Source: an uncultured Planctomycetales bacterium (GTDB taxonomy: Bacteria; Omnitrophota; Gorgyraeia; Zapsychrales; Fredricksoniimonadaceae). From it: a DNA stretch of 64,000 nucleotides. Under the pieces are notes generated by a model that saw nothing but the letters and a program-made list of their open reading frames with translations, was not told the DNA's origin and did no database searches. The position numbers and the translations under genes were made by a program. Positions 1 to 8,903 of the stretch are shown piece after piece (within the stretch, counting starts at the first letter, position 1; each line of letters begins with the position of its first letter). The stretch is from contig CAZOXU010000002.1 of assembly GCA_964583975.1 (NCBI GenBank), forward strand, positions 48,667 through 112,666. Direction: 5' to 3'.

Positions 1-906
1 CTTCTTCAAAATTGACTAAAGATTTATAGTTAATTTTCTTTTGAATATGAGCGATATCTGCATTCGTTCTAAAAACATCACCTGGACGTACAGGCAAAAA
101 TTTAGGTTGAATGTTCTTGCCGATAACTTTATTTAATACTTCAACCAATTTTAAAACAGTATTTTCTTCACCATTAGCCACATTAAACACTTCATGCTTA
201 ATGCCAGGCGTTGTGGCTGAAAGAATATTGGCAGAAATAACGTTCTCAATATAGGTAAAATCTCTGGATTGCTTTCCTGTTCCAAAAATAGGCGGTTGTT
301 GATCATTCAATATGCAATGTATGAATTTAGGAACAACTACCGCATATTCATCATCCAAAGCTTGTTTAGGACCAAAGACATTAAAATAACGTAAACATAC
401 GGTCTCAACACCAAAAAACTCTGAGAATATACGGCAATAATACTCGCCCGTTAATTTGCTTAGAGCATACGGTGAGATTAAAAGCGGTAGTTGACTTTCT
501 GTTTCAGGAAATTGATTTGTATCTCCGTAAATGGAACTTGAAGAGGCCATAACAAAACGTTTAACTTTGTTTTTGGCGCAAGCCTGTAGCATAAAAAGGA
601 CACCATCAATATTGACCTTGTTATAACTTAAAGGATCCTCTAGAGATTTTGGAACTGAACGTAAGGCTGCCTGGTGTAAAACATAATCTATTCCCTGACA
701 AGACTTATCGCAATCTGCCGGATTAGTAATATCACCTCGAATCAATTCAAATTTATCTTTGCTAAGCCCTTTAGCAAAATCAAGATTCTCTTCTTTACCA
801 GAAAAGAAATTATCTAATACCCGTACAAAATGCCCCTGTTTAATTAAATGTTCAGCGATGCTGGAACCTATAAAACCTGCTCCTCCAGTAATTAAAAATT
901 TACTCA
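1..906 (-). CDS. NAD-dependent epimerase/dehydratase (UDP-sugar 4-epimerase / CapD-WbpP-like). The N-terminus is complete; the C-terminus runs off the window edge.
   Basis: The reverse translation starts MSKFLITGGAGFIGSSIAEHLIKQGH (Rossmann GxxGxxG). An SD sequence (AAGGAA) lies upstream at about 915-925. The ORF continues to position 1. Confidence 0.8.
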
Positions 907-939
907 TTACAATTCCTTTCTTTTATGACGAATTAAGAA

Positions 940-1725
940 TTAAAGATATCGATAAATATAATTTGGAACAAAATATTCAATTCCAGTTAAGACGTGGCCC
1001 AAAACATGCGCATGAGCTTGATTTAACAATTCTCCTGCTCTTTGAACCATGCCCCGTTGGGTGTCACCAGCTTTAACCACCATAACTACTCCATCCACTT
1101 GCGATCCAATAATGACAGCATCCGTAACAGGGATGACGGGCGGAGTATCTATTAAAATAAATTCAAATTGAGAACGCAAAAGATTCAAAAGCTCTTTCAT
1201 TCGAGATGAAGCTAAAAGCTCAGCGGGATGTGAAGGAATTGCCCCGCAATTAATAAAACTTAAATGATCTATATCAATGTTAAAAACAATATCTTCTAAT
1301 GATGCTTGGCCATTGAGATATTCACTTAATCCTTTATGTGGGCCTACACCTAAATAATTGACCATCTTACCTTTTCGCATATCTGCATCGATTAAAAGTA
1401 TTCTGGGTTTACTCATAGCCTGAGACATGGTAATGGCTAAATTAAGAGCAGTTATAGATTTACCTTCTGAAGTAATTGAGCTTGTTATGGCAATAACGCG
1501 AGGCGGTTTACCTTTATTAAGAGACATAATGTTTGTTGTTAAGCTTTTATATTGTTCAGACACTATTGATTTTGGATCAAAATATGGGATTAAGCGCGCA
1601 TCGACTTTTGATTCTTTCATCTTGCGGACAATCACTTGTTTTTGTTCCTGAATCTTAACCACCTTATCTAAGCGCTCCAGACGTTCTTTAGCTGCTTTTT
1701 GTAAGGCTTCGGTAATTTTTCCCAT
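940..1725 (-). CDS. Polysaccharide-biosynthesis tyrosine autokinase ATPase domain (BY-kinase, CpsD/Wze-like; exopolysaccharide/PEP-CTERM-locus kinase family).
   Basis: P-loop VIAITSSITSEGKSITALNLA and Walker A-prime LLIDADMRKG. It is 261 aa and soluble. It lies downstream of the chain-length determinant in the same operon. Confidence 0.75.
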   Translation of the reverse strand: MGKITEALQKAAKERLERLDKVVKIQEQKQVIVRKMKESKVDARLIPYFDPKSIVSEQYKSLTTNIMSLNKGKPPRVIAITSSITSEGKSITALNLAITMSQAMSKPRILLIDADMRKGKMVNYLGVGPHKGLSEYLNGQASLEDIVFNIDIDHLSFINCGAIPSHPAELLASSRMKELLNLLRSQFEFILIDTPPVIPVTDAVIIGSQVDGVVMVVKAGDTQRGMVQRAGELLNQAHAHVLGHVLTGIEYFVPNYIYRYL

Positions 1726-1739
1726 TGCTCAAACCTTTC

Positions 1740-2264
1740 TTATTGACTTATTGGCGAAAATTCTTGAATTTTATTCTTTAAATTCTTTATTTCTTGAGTT
1801 AATACTTTGATCTCTTGTTTATCATCTGAAACTTGTTCCTTAAGCTTTACGTAACGATCATTATAGGTAACCGTAAGGCTATTGATCTTATTTTTAGACT
1901 CGTTAGAAATTTGGTTTAAACGAGATTCCATAGTACGAACTTTTGCATCGTAAATATCTTTATTCTTATTTAATGTTTGGGTTAATTTCTGAACTTCTTT
2001 TTGCTGGCTTTTAATGGTCGAAACTAGATTTAATATTTCATTTTTATTAATATTAAGACTCATGAAACTTACTATACAAATAATAAAGGCAATGGCCCCT
2101 TCGAAAATTGCTAAAGCTATAAGGATAGCAATGGTTTTATTTGTTGATTTCTCAACCATAGGTTCTATTTTTCTTTCAATACCTAAAGATTCTTTTTCTT
2201 GAATAAAAGATCCCTGGGCTCTTTGTTCTTGAACCTTTTTTAAAGCATTAAATATCTGACTCAT
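1740..2264 (-). CDS. Hypothetical single-TM coiled-coil protein. It is a possible ExeB/GspB-like partner of the upstream ExeA-like ATPase.
   Basis: 174 aa. One hydrophobic helix (IAILIALAIFEGAIAFIICIVSF) is followed by a long K/E/Q-rich coiled-coil. It overlaps the upstream gene by 4 nt. Confidence 0.4.
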   Translation of the reverse strand: MSQIFNALKKVQEQRAQGSFIQEKESLGIERKIEPMVEKSTNKTIAILIALAIFEGAIAFIICIVSFMSLNINKNEILNLVSTIKSQQKEVQKLTQTLNKNKDIYDAKVRTMESRLNQISNESKNKINSLTVTYNDRYVKLKEQVSDDKQEIKVLTQEIKNLKNKIQEFSPISQ

Positions 2265-3100
2265 GCGTACTCTTCCTCTTTATTTTGAAAAAATTGTTTC
2301 ACAGGCGATTCATTAATGACTTCATTAAGAATGTCATGGTCTATAACGTTAGCCTCTCTGACGTAGCCTGTTAAGAAAGCACTGTCACAAATTTGATTGA
2401 TAAGCCGTGGAACACCTTTGGAAAATTCATACACTAAATCTAAGGCTTCATCAGTCACGTATTGGCGGTCACTTTCACTAGCAACCTTTAAACGATGTAC
2501 TACATAGTCTTTAGTTTCTTGTTTGCTTAAAGGAGACAAATGAAAATATACCGACACTCTTTGACGCAATTGCTCTAAGCGGGCCAAAGATAGTTTTTGT
2601 TTAAGCTCAGGTTGTCCTAAAAGAATAATTTGAATCAATTTCTCTGTTTCTGTTTCTAAGTTAGACAACATTCTGATTTCTTCTAAAACAGAAGGTTTTA
2701 AATTTTGTGCTTCATCAATAATTAGAACGACATTGTTATCTTTTTGCAGCTCTTCAATTAAATAATTATTCAATTGAGATAACATTTTTGATTTTGATCC
2801 AGCTTGAAAATCAATTCCCAAATCTTCCATAATTGTCATCAATAAATCTTTGCTATTTAAATGAGTGTTCGTCACAAGGGCTACTTGGGTATGCTTATTA
2901 AGTTTATTTAATAAAGTACGACAAACAGTAGTTTTGCCAGCGCCTATTTCCCCTGTTATGACAACAAATCCTTTACGTTGGTTAATAGCATAAACTAAAC
3001 TATCTAGTGCTTCCGTATGCTTATCACTAGAAAAAAAGAATCTAGAGTTTGGCGTTAGATTAAAAGGCGTTTCTTTAAAGTTATAAAAACTGTTATACAT
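2261..3100 (-). CDS. ExeA/GspA-like AAA ATPase (XrtA/PEP-CTERM-system-associated ATPase family).
   Basis: Motif NLTPNSRFFFSSDKHTEALDSLVYAINQRKGFVVITGEIGAGKTT (Walker A), then a Walker B LIIDEAQNL. It is about 280 aa, the typical size for this family. Confidence 0.7.
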   Translation of the reverse strand: MYNSFYNFKETPFNLTPNSRFFFSSDKHTEALDSLVYAINQRKGFVVITGEIGAGKTTVCRTLLNKLNKHTQVALVTNTHLNSKDLLMTIMEDLGIDFQAGSKSKMLSQLNNYLIEELQKDNNVVLIIDEAQNLKPSVLEEIRMLSNLETETEKLIQIILLGQPELKQKLSLARLEQLRQRVSVYFHLSPLSKQETKDYVVHRLKVASESDRQYVTDEALDLVYEFSKGVPRLINQICDSAFLTGYVREANVIDHDILNEVINESPVKQFFQNKEEEYA

Positions 3101-3110
3101 ATTTCCTCGG

Positions 3111-4397
3111 TTAAACGCCTTTCATGCTGGAAAACATGACTGTGACGGCGATCATTAATACCCCTGCTGTAGCCACCCAGAATAAAAGATGAAGCTGTCG
3201 TTGTTTATGTTCTTCAATAGATTCCACTGTGTTTATTTTAGAAATAGCACCCAAAAGAGGCGCCCCTAAAAATGTCGTAGCTTCATGAACATCTAGAAAT
3301 GATTTATCTAAAAATTCTGTTAAGAAAATTAAAGTTACTCCAAGACCTAATCCTAAAAATAGCCCCATAAATGTAATGAGAAATTTATTAGGACTAACTG
3401 GTCGTGTGGGAATACGAGCTTTTTCAATGATCGTATATTTTGTTCCTTCTTTAGAGGATTGAAGTCTTTGAGTGATTTTGGCAGTTTCTAAGTGTTGCAA
3501 GAGATTGTTGTAGATGGTTTCATTGACGCCAACATCGCGAGCCATAACATTATCTACTTTATCTATCAACATCACTTTATAAAGATCCTTTTCATTAACT
3601 CCTCCGGAAGCCGAAACATCAGTTACAGCTTTTTGGCCAATTTTGGTTAAAGCATCTTGGATTTGTGTCAACATGGGTTTAGTTGATTCTACGGTAAGCT
3701 TGACATCTTCAGAATATTCCAAATGTTGCTTCTTCAAGTCAGACATTTTCTTATCAATTTGATTCCTTAGTTCTCTTACTTGAGGATGCTGTTCTGTTGA
3801 ATCAAGTAAAAGAGTATTTAATTTATCTTTCAAATCAGCAATTTCTGACGACTTAATTTTCCCTAAATATACGTGAAGCTGTTCTTCAATAAATTTAATA
3901 GCATTGGAAGTTTCAATGTTTTGAGCCATCACATTACGTTGAACAAAAATATCTGTAACATTTTCTACTACGGCTTGACATTGCACCGCCTTTGGAGAAA
4001 CATAGGAAATTTCAATAATATTTTGACTAATGGGATTGAATTTAATTTCCTTTTGTAATGTTTTTATGATTAATTCCTTTTCAACTTGATTCTTTGCTTT
4101 ATTGTCTAAGTGAAGCCTTTTAACAAGTTCACTAAGACTCTCCCAACCCAACATTGTTTCTTTAATTGTTTGAATACGTTGGGCAGCTGCTGTTGAAACA
4201 GCAATATTGCTTAAAAGCGGGTTATCACTTTTCCCTTCTTCCACTAAAATTTTTGTTGAGGCTTGATATTCTTTAGGTAAAAGCATAGAAATACAAATAC
4301 CTAAAACTAATCCGGCAAATGTGGGTACGATCAAAAACCATTTGCGTCTAAAAAATACTTTTAAGTACTCCATTATTCCTTGACCAATATCTTGCAT
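3111..4397 (-). CDS. Polysaccharide chain-length determinant protein (Wzz/GumC-like, PEP-CTERM-locus subfamily).
   Basis: 428 aa. It has an N-terminal TM (FLIVPTFAGLVLGICISMLL), a long coiled-coil periplasmic region and a C-terminal TM (FMGLFLGLGLGVTLIFL). Confidence 0.7.
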   Translation of the reverse strand: MQDIGQGIMEYLKVFFRRKWFLIVPTFAGLVLGICISMLLPKEYQASTKILVEEGKSDNPLLSNIAVSTAAAQRIQTIKETMLGWESLSELVKRLHLDNKAKNQVEKELIIKTLQKEIKFNPISQNIIEISYVSPKAVQCQAVVENVTDIFVQRNVMAQNIETSNAIKFIEEQLHVYLGKIKSSEIADLKDKLNTLLLDSTEQHPQVRELRNQIDKKMSDLKKQHLEYSEDVKLTVESTKPMLTQIQDALTKIGQKAVTDVSASGGVNEKDLYKVMLIDKVDNVMARDVGVNETIYNNLLQHLETAKITQRLQSSKEGTKYTIIEKARIPTRPVSPNKFLITFMGLFLGLGLGVTLIFLTEFLDKSFLDVHEATTFLGAPLLGAISKINTVESIEEHKQRQLHLLFWVATAGVLMIAVTVMFSSMKGV

Positions 4398-4432
4398 AAT
4401 TTTCTATTCCTTTTATAAATACGTCGTCTAAA

Positions 4433-5308
4433 TTAAAGAGCAACAGCTTTAGCAGCGCCACCAGTACCAGCTGCTTGTCCAACAGGACTTAATATTGGAC
4501 TAATAGCCCTAGTAGCTTTAGCCCAGAAAGTAGCTGGCAAATATAAGGTGTCTCCTGGCTTCATAACATAATTTTCTCTGAGATCGCCTTTATAAAGTAG
4601 CGCATCCACATTAACTTTCTTTCTAGCAACCTTTCCACTATCGGAAGGCGTAAACCAAGAGGCATTATCTGTGGAAGCTGTTAATAAGGGTAGCCCTGCT
4701 GATAAAAGCGCATCACGGATTGTTATAGTATCTCCATGCATAAATATTTTTCCTGGAGATCCTACTTCTCCTACTACGAATACAATCTTACTGTTATAAC
4801 CACTAATTTTAAAAGTAATCTCAGGCTTAACAATATAAACAGATAATTTCTGAGTTAGAAGTTCTACAACTTGCTCTTTTGTCAGACCAGCAACGACAAC
4901 ATCTCCCACAAATTCATATTGAATTTTACCTTCTTTATTAATAATGTACTCGCCACTTACTTCTGGATGGCGCATAACAACAATATTAACAACGTCCTCA
5001 GGACCTAAGGTGTATTTACTGTTACTATTTTGGTCAATATAAGCTTTGGCTCTTAAATAATTCTGGTATTCCTCAGGAGTCATCGTTGCCTTGATTTTTT
5101 CTTCATCGGATGTAAGAACAGTCGTAGCTGCCTTATCTGCTGTAGTGTTAATATTCGGTGCCTTTGATGGATCTTCAGTTGAAACGACTTGTTGAACCGG
5201 GACTTGTGAGTTCAACTGTTCTAAAGCTTGTTGAGAATAAGCTAAAGAATTTAGCCCTACGCTTGAGAGAATAATTACTGAAATTTGAAAATTTCTTACT
5301 GTGTTCAT
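4433..5308 (-). CDS. Polysaccharide export outer-membrane protein (Wza/EpsA-like, Poly_export + SLBB domains).
   Basis: It has a signal peptide. The Poly_export motif YTLGPEDVVNIVVMRHPEVSGEYIINKEGKIQYEFVGDVVVAGLTKEQV is present. Size is 291 aa. Confidence 0.75.
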   Translation of the reverse strand: MNTVRNFQISVIILSSVGLNSLAYSQQALEQLNSQVPVQQVVSTEDPSKAPNINTTADKAATTVLTSDEEKIKATMTPEEYQNYLRAKAYIDQNSNSKYTLGPEDVVNIVVMRHPEVSGEYIINKEGKIQYEFVGDVVVAGLTKEQVVELLTQKLSVYIVKPEITFKISGYNSKIVFVVGEVGSPGKIFMHGDTITIRDALLSAGLPLLTASTDNASWFTPSDSGKVARKKVNVDALLYKGDLRENYVMKPGDTLYLPATFWAKATRAISPILSPVGQAAGTGGAAKAVAL

Positions 5309-5334
5309 TTTGAATATCTCCTTAAGAATTATAC

Positions 5335-5556
5335 TTATTCCACTTCAAATAAAACTTCATGTAGCTCGCGAATTTGGGCAAGATCATCTTCTTCATAAAC
5401 ACGCCAAGAACGCCAATCACGTTTGGGTTTTCTAATTTTACCCATTTTTTCCCAACGTATAATTGTCTTAGTACTGATACCCACTATCTGAGCTACTTCA
5501 GTGATAGTAAGACGTTTTTTTGTTCCATTTGAGGTCATAGCTAATATCTCTCCCAT
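5335..5556 (-). CDS. Small helix-turn-helix DNA-binding protein (MerR/excisionase-type HTH_17). It is the first gene of the eps operon.
   Basis: 73 aa. HTH motif LTITEVAQIVGISTKTIIRWEKMGKI. A strong SD (AAGGAG) lies at 5565-5570. Confidence 0.55.
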   Translation of the reverse strand: MGEILAMTSNGTKKRLTITEVAQIVGISTKTIIRWEKMGKIRKPKRDWRSWRVYEEDDLAQIRELHEVLFEVE

Positions 5557-5582
5557 AAGTAAGACTCCTTACATCCTTATAA

Positions 5583-5597
5583 GCATATAGCGTGCCA
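5583..5597 (-). promoter_or_regulatory. Candidate sigma-54 (-24/-12) promoter driving the HTH gene and the eps export operon.
   Basis: Minus-sense TGGCACG-CTAT-ATGCT, against the consensus TGGCACG-N4-TTGCW. The GG-to-GC spacing is correct. The -12 GC sits about 27 nt upstream of the ATG. rpoN is encoded divergently. Confidence 0.5.
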
Positions 5598-5874
5598 TCT
5601 GAAATATTAATATTTCAAAATGCCTTAAATGCTTATATTTAATATGGTTAAGATATTTTTACTTAAATAATTATGACAATCTGGGTAAACATAAGTGTTT
5701 AACAGAATAAACAACCCTGTCTAGGACAAACACAGACAATGACGGAAATTATAGCATATAGAGGGTTATAAAGTGTACAAATTTATATACACTCTAGGAT
5801 ATCAATGTAAACCATTATATTTCATATATTTACACATAATTTGCTATATGATATAGATATGTTATACTTCCAAA

Positions 5875-7233
5875 GTGAACTTAAATATAAGTAAAATTCA
5901 AACTCAAAAACAAATTTTCACGCCTTCTTTAGAACAGTCTATCCATGTTCTGTTGCTACCTTTGGCTGAACTAAGTACCAATATTGAACAAGAATTGCAA
6001 GAAAATCCCTTGTTAGAAGCTGAAACGCTAGAAACTCCTATTGATTGGGAACGCTTAGAACTCTTATCAAAGCTTCCATCTCAAGAAAATAATCAATCTC
6101 ATAGTGAAGAACATTTAAATAATACTGAGTCTTCTGCCACAAGCACCTTAACTTTGGAAGATCACTTATTTCAACAGCTGTTTTGGGAGATTACCGATCC
6201 ATTAAAAAGAAAAATTGGAGAATTTATTATAGGCAATCTAGACAAGGATGGTTATTTAAGCCTTAGTTATCAAGAAATAGCCGAACATTTAAACATATCT
6301 GATTTATCTAGAATTAGAGAAGTATTGGATACTATTCAAAATTTTGATCCCCTTGGGATTGCTGCTAAAGACTTTCAAGAAAGTTTGATTATCCAGCTGC
6401 ATCACCGTCAATCTCCCCACAGAGATTTAAGCATTACTATCATTGAATCCTATTTAGACGATTTAGGAAAAAAAAGATATTCTTTTATAGCAAAAGAACT
6501 ATCTGTTTCTCTAGAAGCTGTAACCGAGGCAGCCCAGTTAATTAGCCATTTAGAACCGAAACCTGCTCAAAATTATCGCCCGATTGACCCTTCTATTTAT
6601 ATTCAGCCTGATATTTATATTCGGAAAGATGATTCAGGTGAATATCTTGTTGAAACTAATAAAAGAGGTTTGCCAATTTTAAGAATCAATCAAATGTATC
6701 AAAGTTTACTTAAAAATTCCAAGCTATCTGCTCAAGAACGTGCTTATATCAAAGAAAAAGTTAATAACGCTTTAAATTTTATCAAAAGCATCCAACTTCG
6801 TGGTGAAACACTCACGGCGATTACCCAATACATTTTAAAACATCAACGAAAATTCTTTGATGGTAAAGAATCTATTGCTCCTTTAAGCCTTAAAGATGTC
6901 GCTATGCATCTTGATCGCAACGAATCAACCATATCCAGGGCTATTAGCAACAAATATGTCGATACACCTCAAGGACTCTTCCCCTTAAAGTTTTTCTTTT
7001 CTCATACGGTCGCACGACAAAATAATGAAGATATTTCTGCGTACAATATCAAAGAAGAGCTTGCCATGCTTATTGAAGAAGAATCTAAAGAAGCTCCTCT
7101 ATCAGACCAAGATATTCAAGAGCATTTTAAATCTAAAGGAATTGATTTAGCCAGACGAACTATTAGCAAATATCGAAAAATGCTAAATATTCCAACCTCT
7201 TATTTACGAAAATCTATCGAAACAATGAATTAA
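5875..7233 (+). CDS. rpoN: RNA polymerase sigma-54 factor RpoN.
   Basis: The N-terminus aligns with the RpoN activator-interacting region (QIFTPSLEQSIHVLLLPLAELSTNIEQELQENPLLE). The C-terminal RpoN box is ARRTISKYR. It has a GTG start and a weak SD. Confidence 0.9.
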   Translation: MNLNISKIQTQKQIFTPSLEQSIHVLLLPLAELSTNIEQELQENPLLEAETLETPIDWERLELLSKLPSQENNQSHSEEHLNNTESSATSTLTLEDHLFQQLFWEITDPLKRKIGEFIIGNLDKDGYLSLSYQEIAEHLNISDLSRIREVLDTIQNFDPLGIAAKDFQESLIIQLHHRQSPHRDLSITIIESYLDDLGKKRYSFIAKELSVSLEAVTEAAQLISHLEPKPAQNYRPIDPSIYIQPDIYIRKDDSGEYLVETNKRGLPILRINQMYQSLLKNSKLSAQERAYIKEKVNNALNFIKSIQLRGETLTAITQYILKHQRKFFDGKESIAPLSLKDVAMHLDRNESTISRAISNKYVDTPQGLFPLKFFFSHTVARQNNEDISAYNIKEELAMLIEEESKEAPLSDQDIQEHFKSKGIDLARRTISKYRKMLNIPTSYLRKSIETMN

Positions 7234-7577
7234 GCGCGTTTAAAATCATCTTGTATGCGGACAATATCTTCTTCGGTAAGAATTGCTCCTGTAGCTACTT
7301 CAATAAACACTAATAATTCCTTACCAGTGTTTCCAATACGATGAACAGCCCCTAAGGGAATATCCACCACACTTCCTGGCCCCACTTGAATTTCTCGATC
7401 ATCAACCACAGCTAAGCCTTGACCATGAACAAAAACCCATTTTTCAGAACGGTGTTGGTGTTTTTGAAGGCTGAGTCGACAGTCTGGTTTTACCTCTACC
7501 CTTTTGACCCAAACACCGTTTTCTTGATAAAACTTTTCATACATGCCCCAAGGTCGAGTTGTTTTTTCTAATACCAT
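7230..7577 (-). CDS. Cupin-domain protein (mannose-6-phosphate isomerase type II C-terminal-like).
   Basis: 115 aa. RPWGMYEKF...LSLQKHQHRSEKWVFVHGQG...IPLGAVHRIGNTG...EDIVRIQDDFKR matches the PMI type II cupin module. Confidence 0.6.
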   Translation of the reverse strand: MVLEKTTRPWGMYEKFYQENGVWVKRVEVKPDCRLSLQKHQHRSEKWVFVHGQGLAVVDDREIQVGPGSVVDIPLGAVHRIGNTGKELLVFIEVATGAILTEEDIVRIQDDFKRA

Positions 7578-7586
7578 GAAAACTCC

Positions 7587-8903
7587 TTAGCCTTTATAAA
7601 GATTATCTTTGGTTTGAAAGAATTCAATTAACTTATTCTTTAAGAAATCTAAATCTTTCTGAGCGTGCTTACTGCTTATAAAAAACGCCTCTAAATCTGC
7701 AGGTGGTAAATAAATGCCGTTTTTCAGAAGATAATAAAATAATTTAGGGTAAACAAGTTTTGAGGAAGCTGCTTGAGCTGAAGAATAATCAAGAACCTCT
7801 TCTTTACGAAAACGCAAACTCATCATTCCCTTATAATTTGATACATGCGCTGAAATATTATATTCCTTAAAATAATTATTAATGTCTTTAGTAAAATTAC
7901 TAGAAATCTGATTAATATGCTTATAAACAGAAGCGTTCAAATTCTTTAAAGTAGCTAATCCAGCGGCCATTACAACTGGATTGCCAGAAAAAGTTCCAGC
8001 CTGATAAACATCCCCTAAGGGACTCAATCGTTTCATAATATCAGATCGACCACCATATGCTCCAATGGGAAAACCTCCTCCAATAATCTTACCTAAACAG
8101 GTTAAATCAGGCTGGATTCCCAAATCTCCTTGAGCCCCTGCATAATTGGAACGAAAACCTGTCATAACTTCGTCAAAAATTAAAACAATTCCATATTTAC
8201 GTGTTAACTCTCTTAAAGTCTTTAAAAATTCTTTCTTTGGGTTAATAACCCCCATATTACCTGCTACGGGCTCTAATACAATACAGGCTAGCTCTTTACG
8301 GTGTCGTTCAATGGTGTTGTATAGCTCTTGCGTATCATTGAAAGGCACGCTTAAGGTATTTTGGACGTGCGCTGGCGGAACTCCTTTACTGGTTGAAGAT
8401 GCCAGAAATGCGACCCCGCTTCCCGCAGCAGTCAACAGATCATCACAATGACCATGATAACAACCATCAAATTTTATGATCTTATTACGATTAGTGAAAC
8501 CACGGGCCAGACGAATAGCACTCATCACAGCCTCTGTCCCAGAATTGACAAAACGAATCAGGTCAATAGATGGAACTTTCTCTATAATTTCTTTAGCTAA
8601 ATCTGTTTCTAACTTTGTGGTTGTTCCAAAACTAGTTCCATTTTTAACGGTTTTATTGACTGCAGCTAAGACTTCCTTATGGGCATGACCTAAAATCAAA
8701 GATCCCCAGGAAAGGCAGTAATCTGTATAACGGTTACCATCAATATCAAAGAATTGAGCACCAGATCCGTGTGACATAACTAAGGCTTGTCCACCTACTC
8801 CTTTAAAAGCCCTTACAGGACTGTTGACTCCTCCCACTAAATACTTCTGAGCTCTTTTAAATTCATCTTTTGATCGACTGATTTTCATTGTTTTTAAAGC
8901 CAT
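7587..8903 (-). CDS. hemL: Glutamate-1-semialdehyde 2,1-aminomutase.
   Basis: Class-III aminotransferase fold. FKGVGGQALVMSHGSGAQFFDIDGNRYTDYCLSWGSLILGHAH is a typical HemL N-terminal region. 438 aa. Confidence 0.9.
   Translation of the reverse strand: MALKTMKISRSKDEFKRAQKYLVGGVNSPVRAFKGVGGQALVMSHGSGAQFFDIDGNRYTDYCLSWGSLILGHAHKEVLAAVNKTVKNGTSFGTTTKLETDLAKEIIEKVPSIDLIRFVNSGTEAVMSAIRLARGFTNRNKIIKFDGCYHGHCDDLLTAAGSGVAFLASSTSKGVPPAHVQNTLSVPFNDTQELYNTIERHRKELACIVLEPVAGNMGVINPKKEFLKTLRELTRKYGIVLIFDEVMTGFRSNYAGAQGDLGIQPDLTCLGKIIGGGFPIGAYGGRSDIMKRLSPLGDVYQAGTFSGNPVVMAAGLATLKNLNASVYKHINQISSNFTKDINNYFKEYNISAHVSNYKGMMSLRFRKEEVLDYSSAQAASSKLVYPKLFYYLLKNGIYLPPADLEAFFISSKHAQKDLDFLKNKLIEFFQTKDNLYKG

Noticed and set aside
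1427-1651. Numerous short plus-strand ORFs nested antisense inside long minus-strand genes. Examples: 1427-1651, 8146-8451, 19440-19805, 21586-21825, 37059-37340, 59984-60169, 62412-62717.
   Set aside because: Each lies wholly within a well-supported gene on the other strand. None has an RBS or a recognisable domain. They are typical low-complexity antisense frames in an AT-rich genome.
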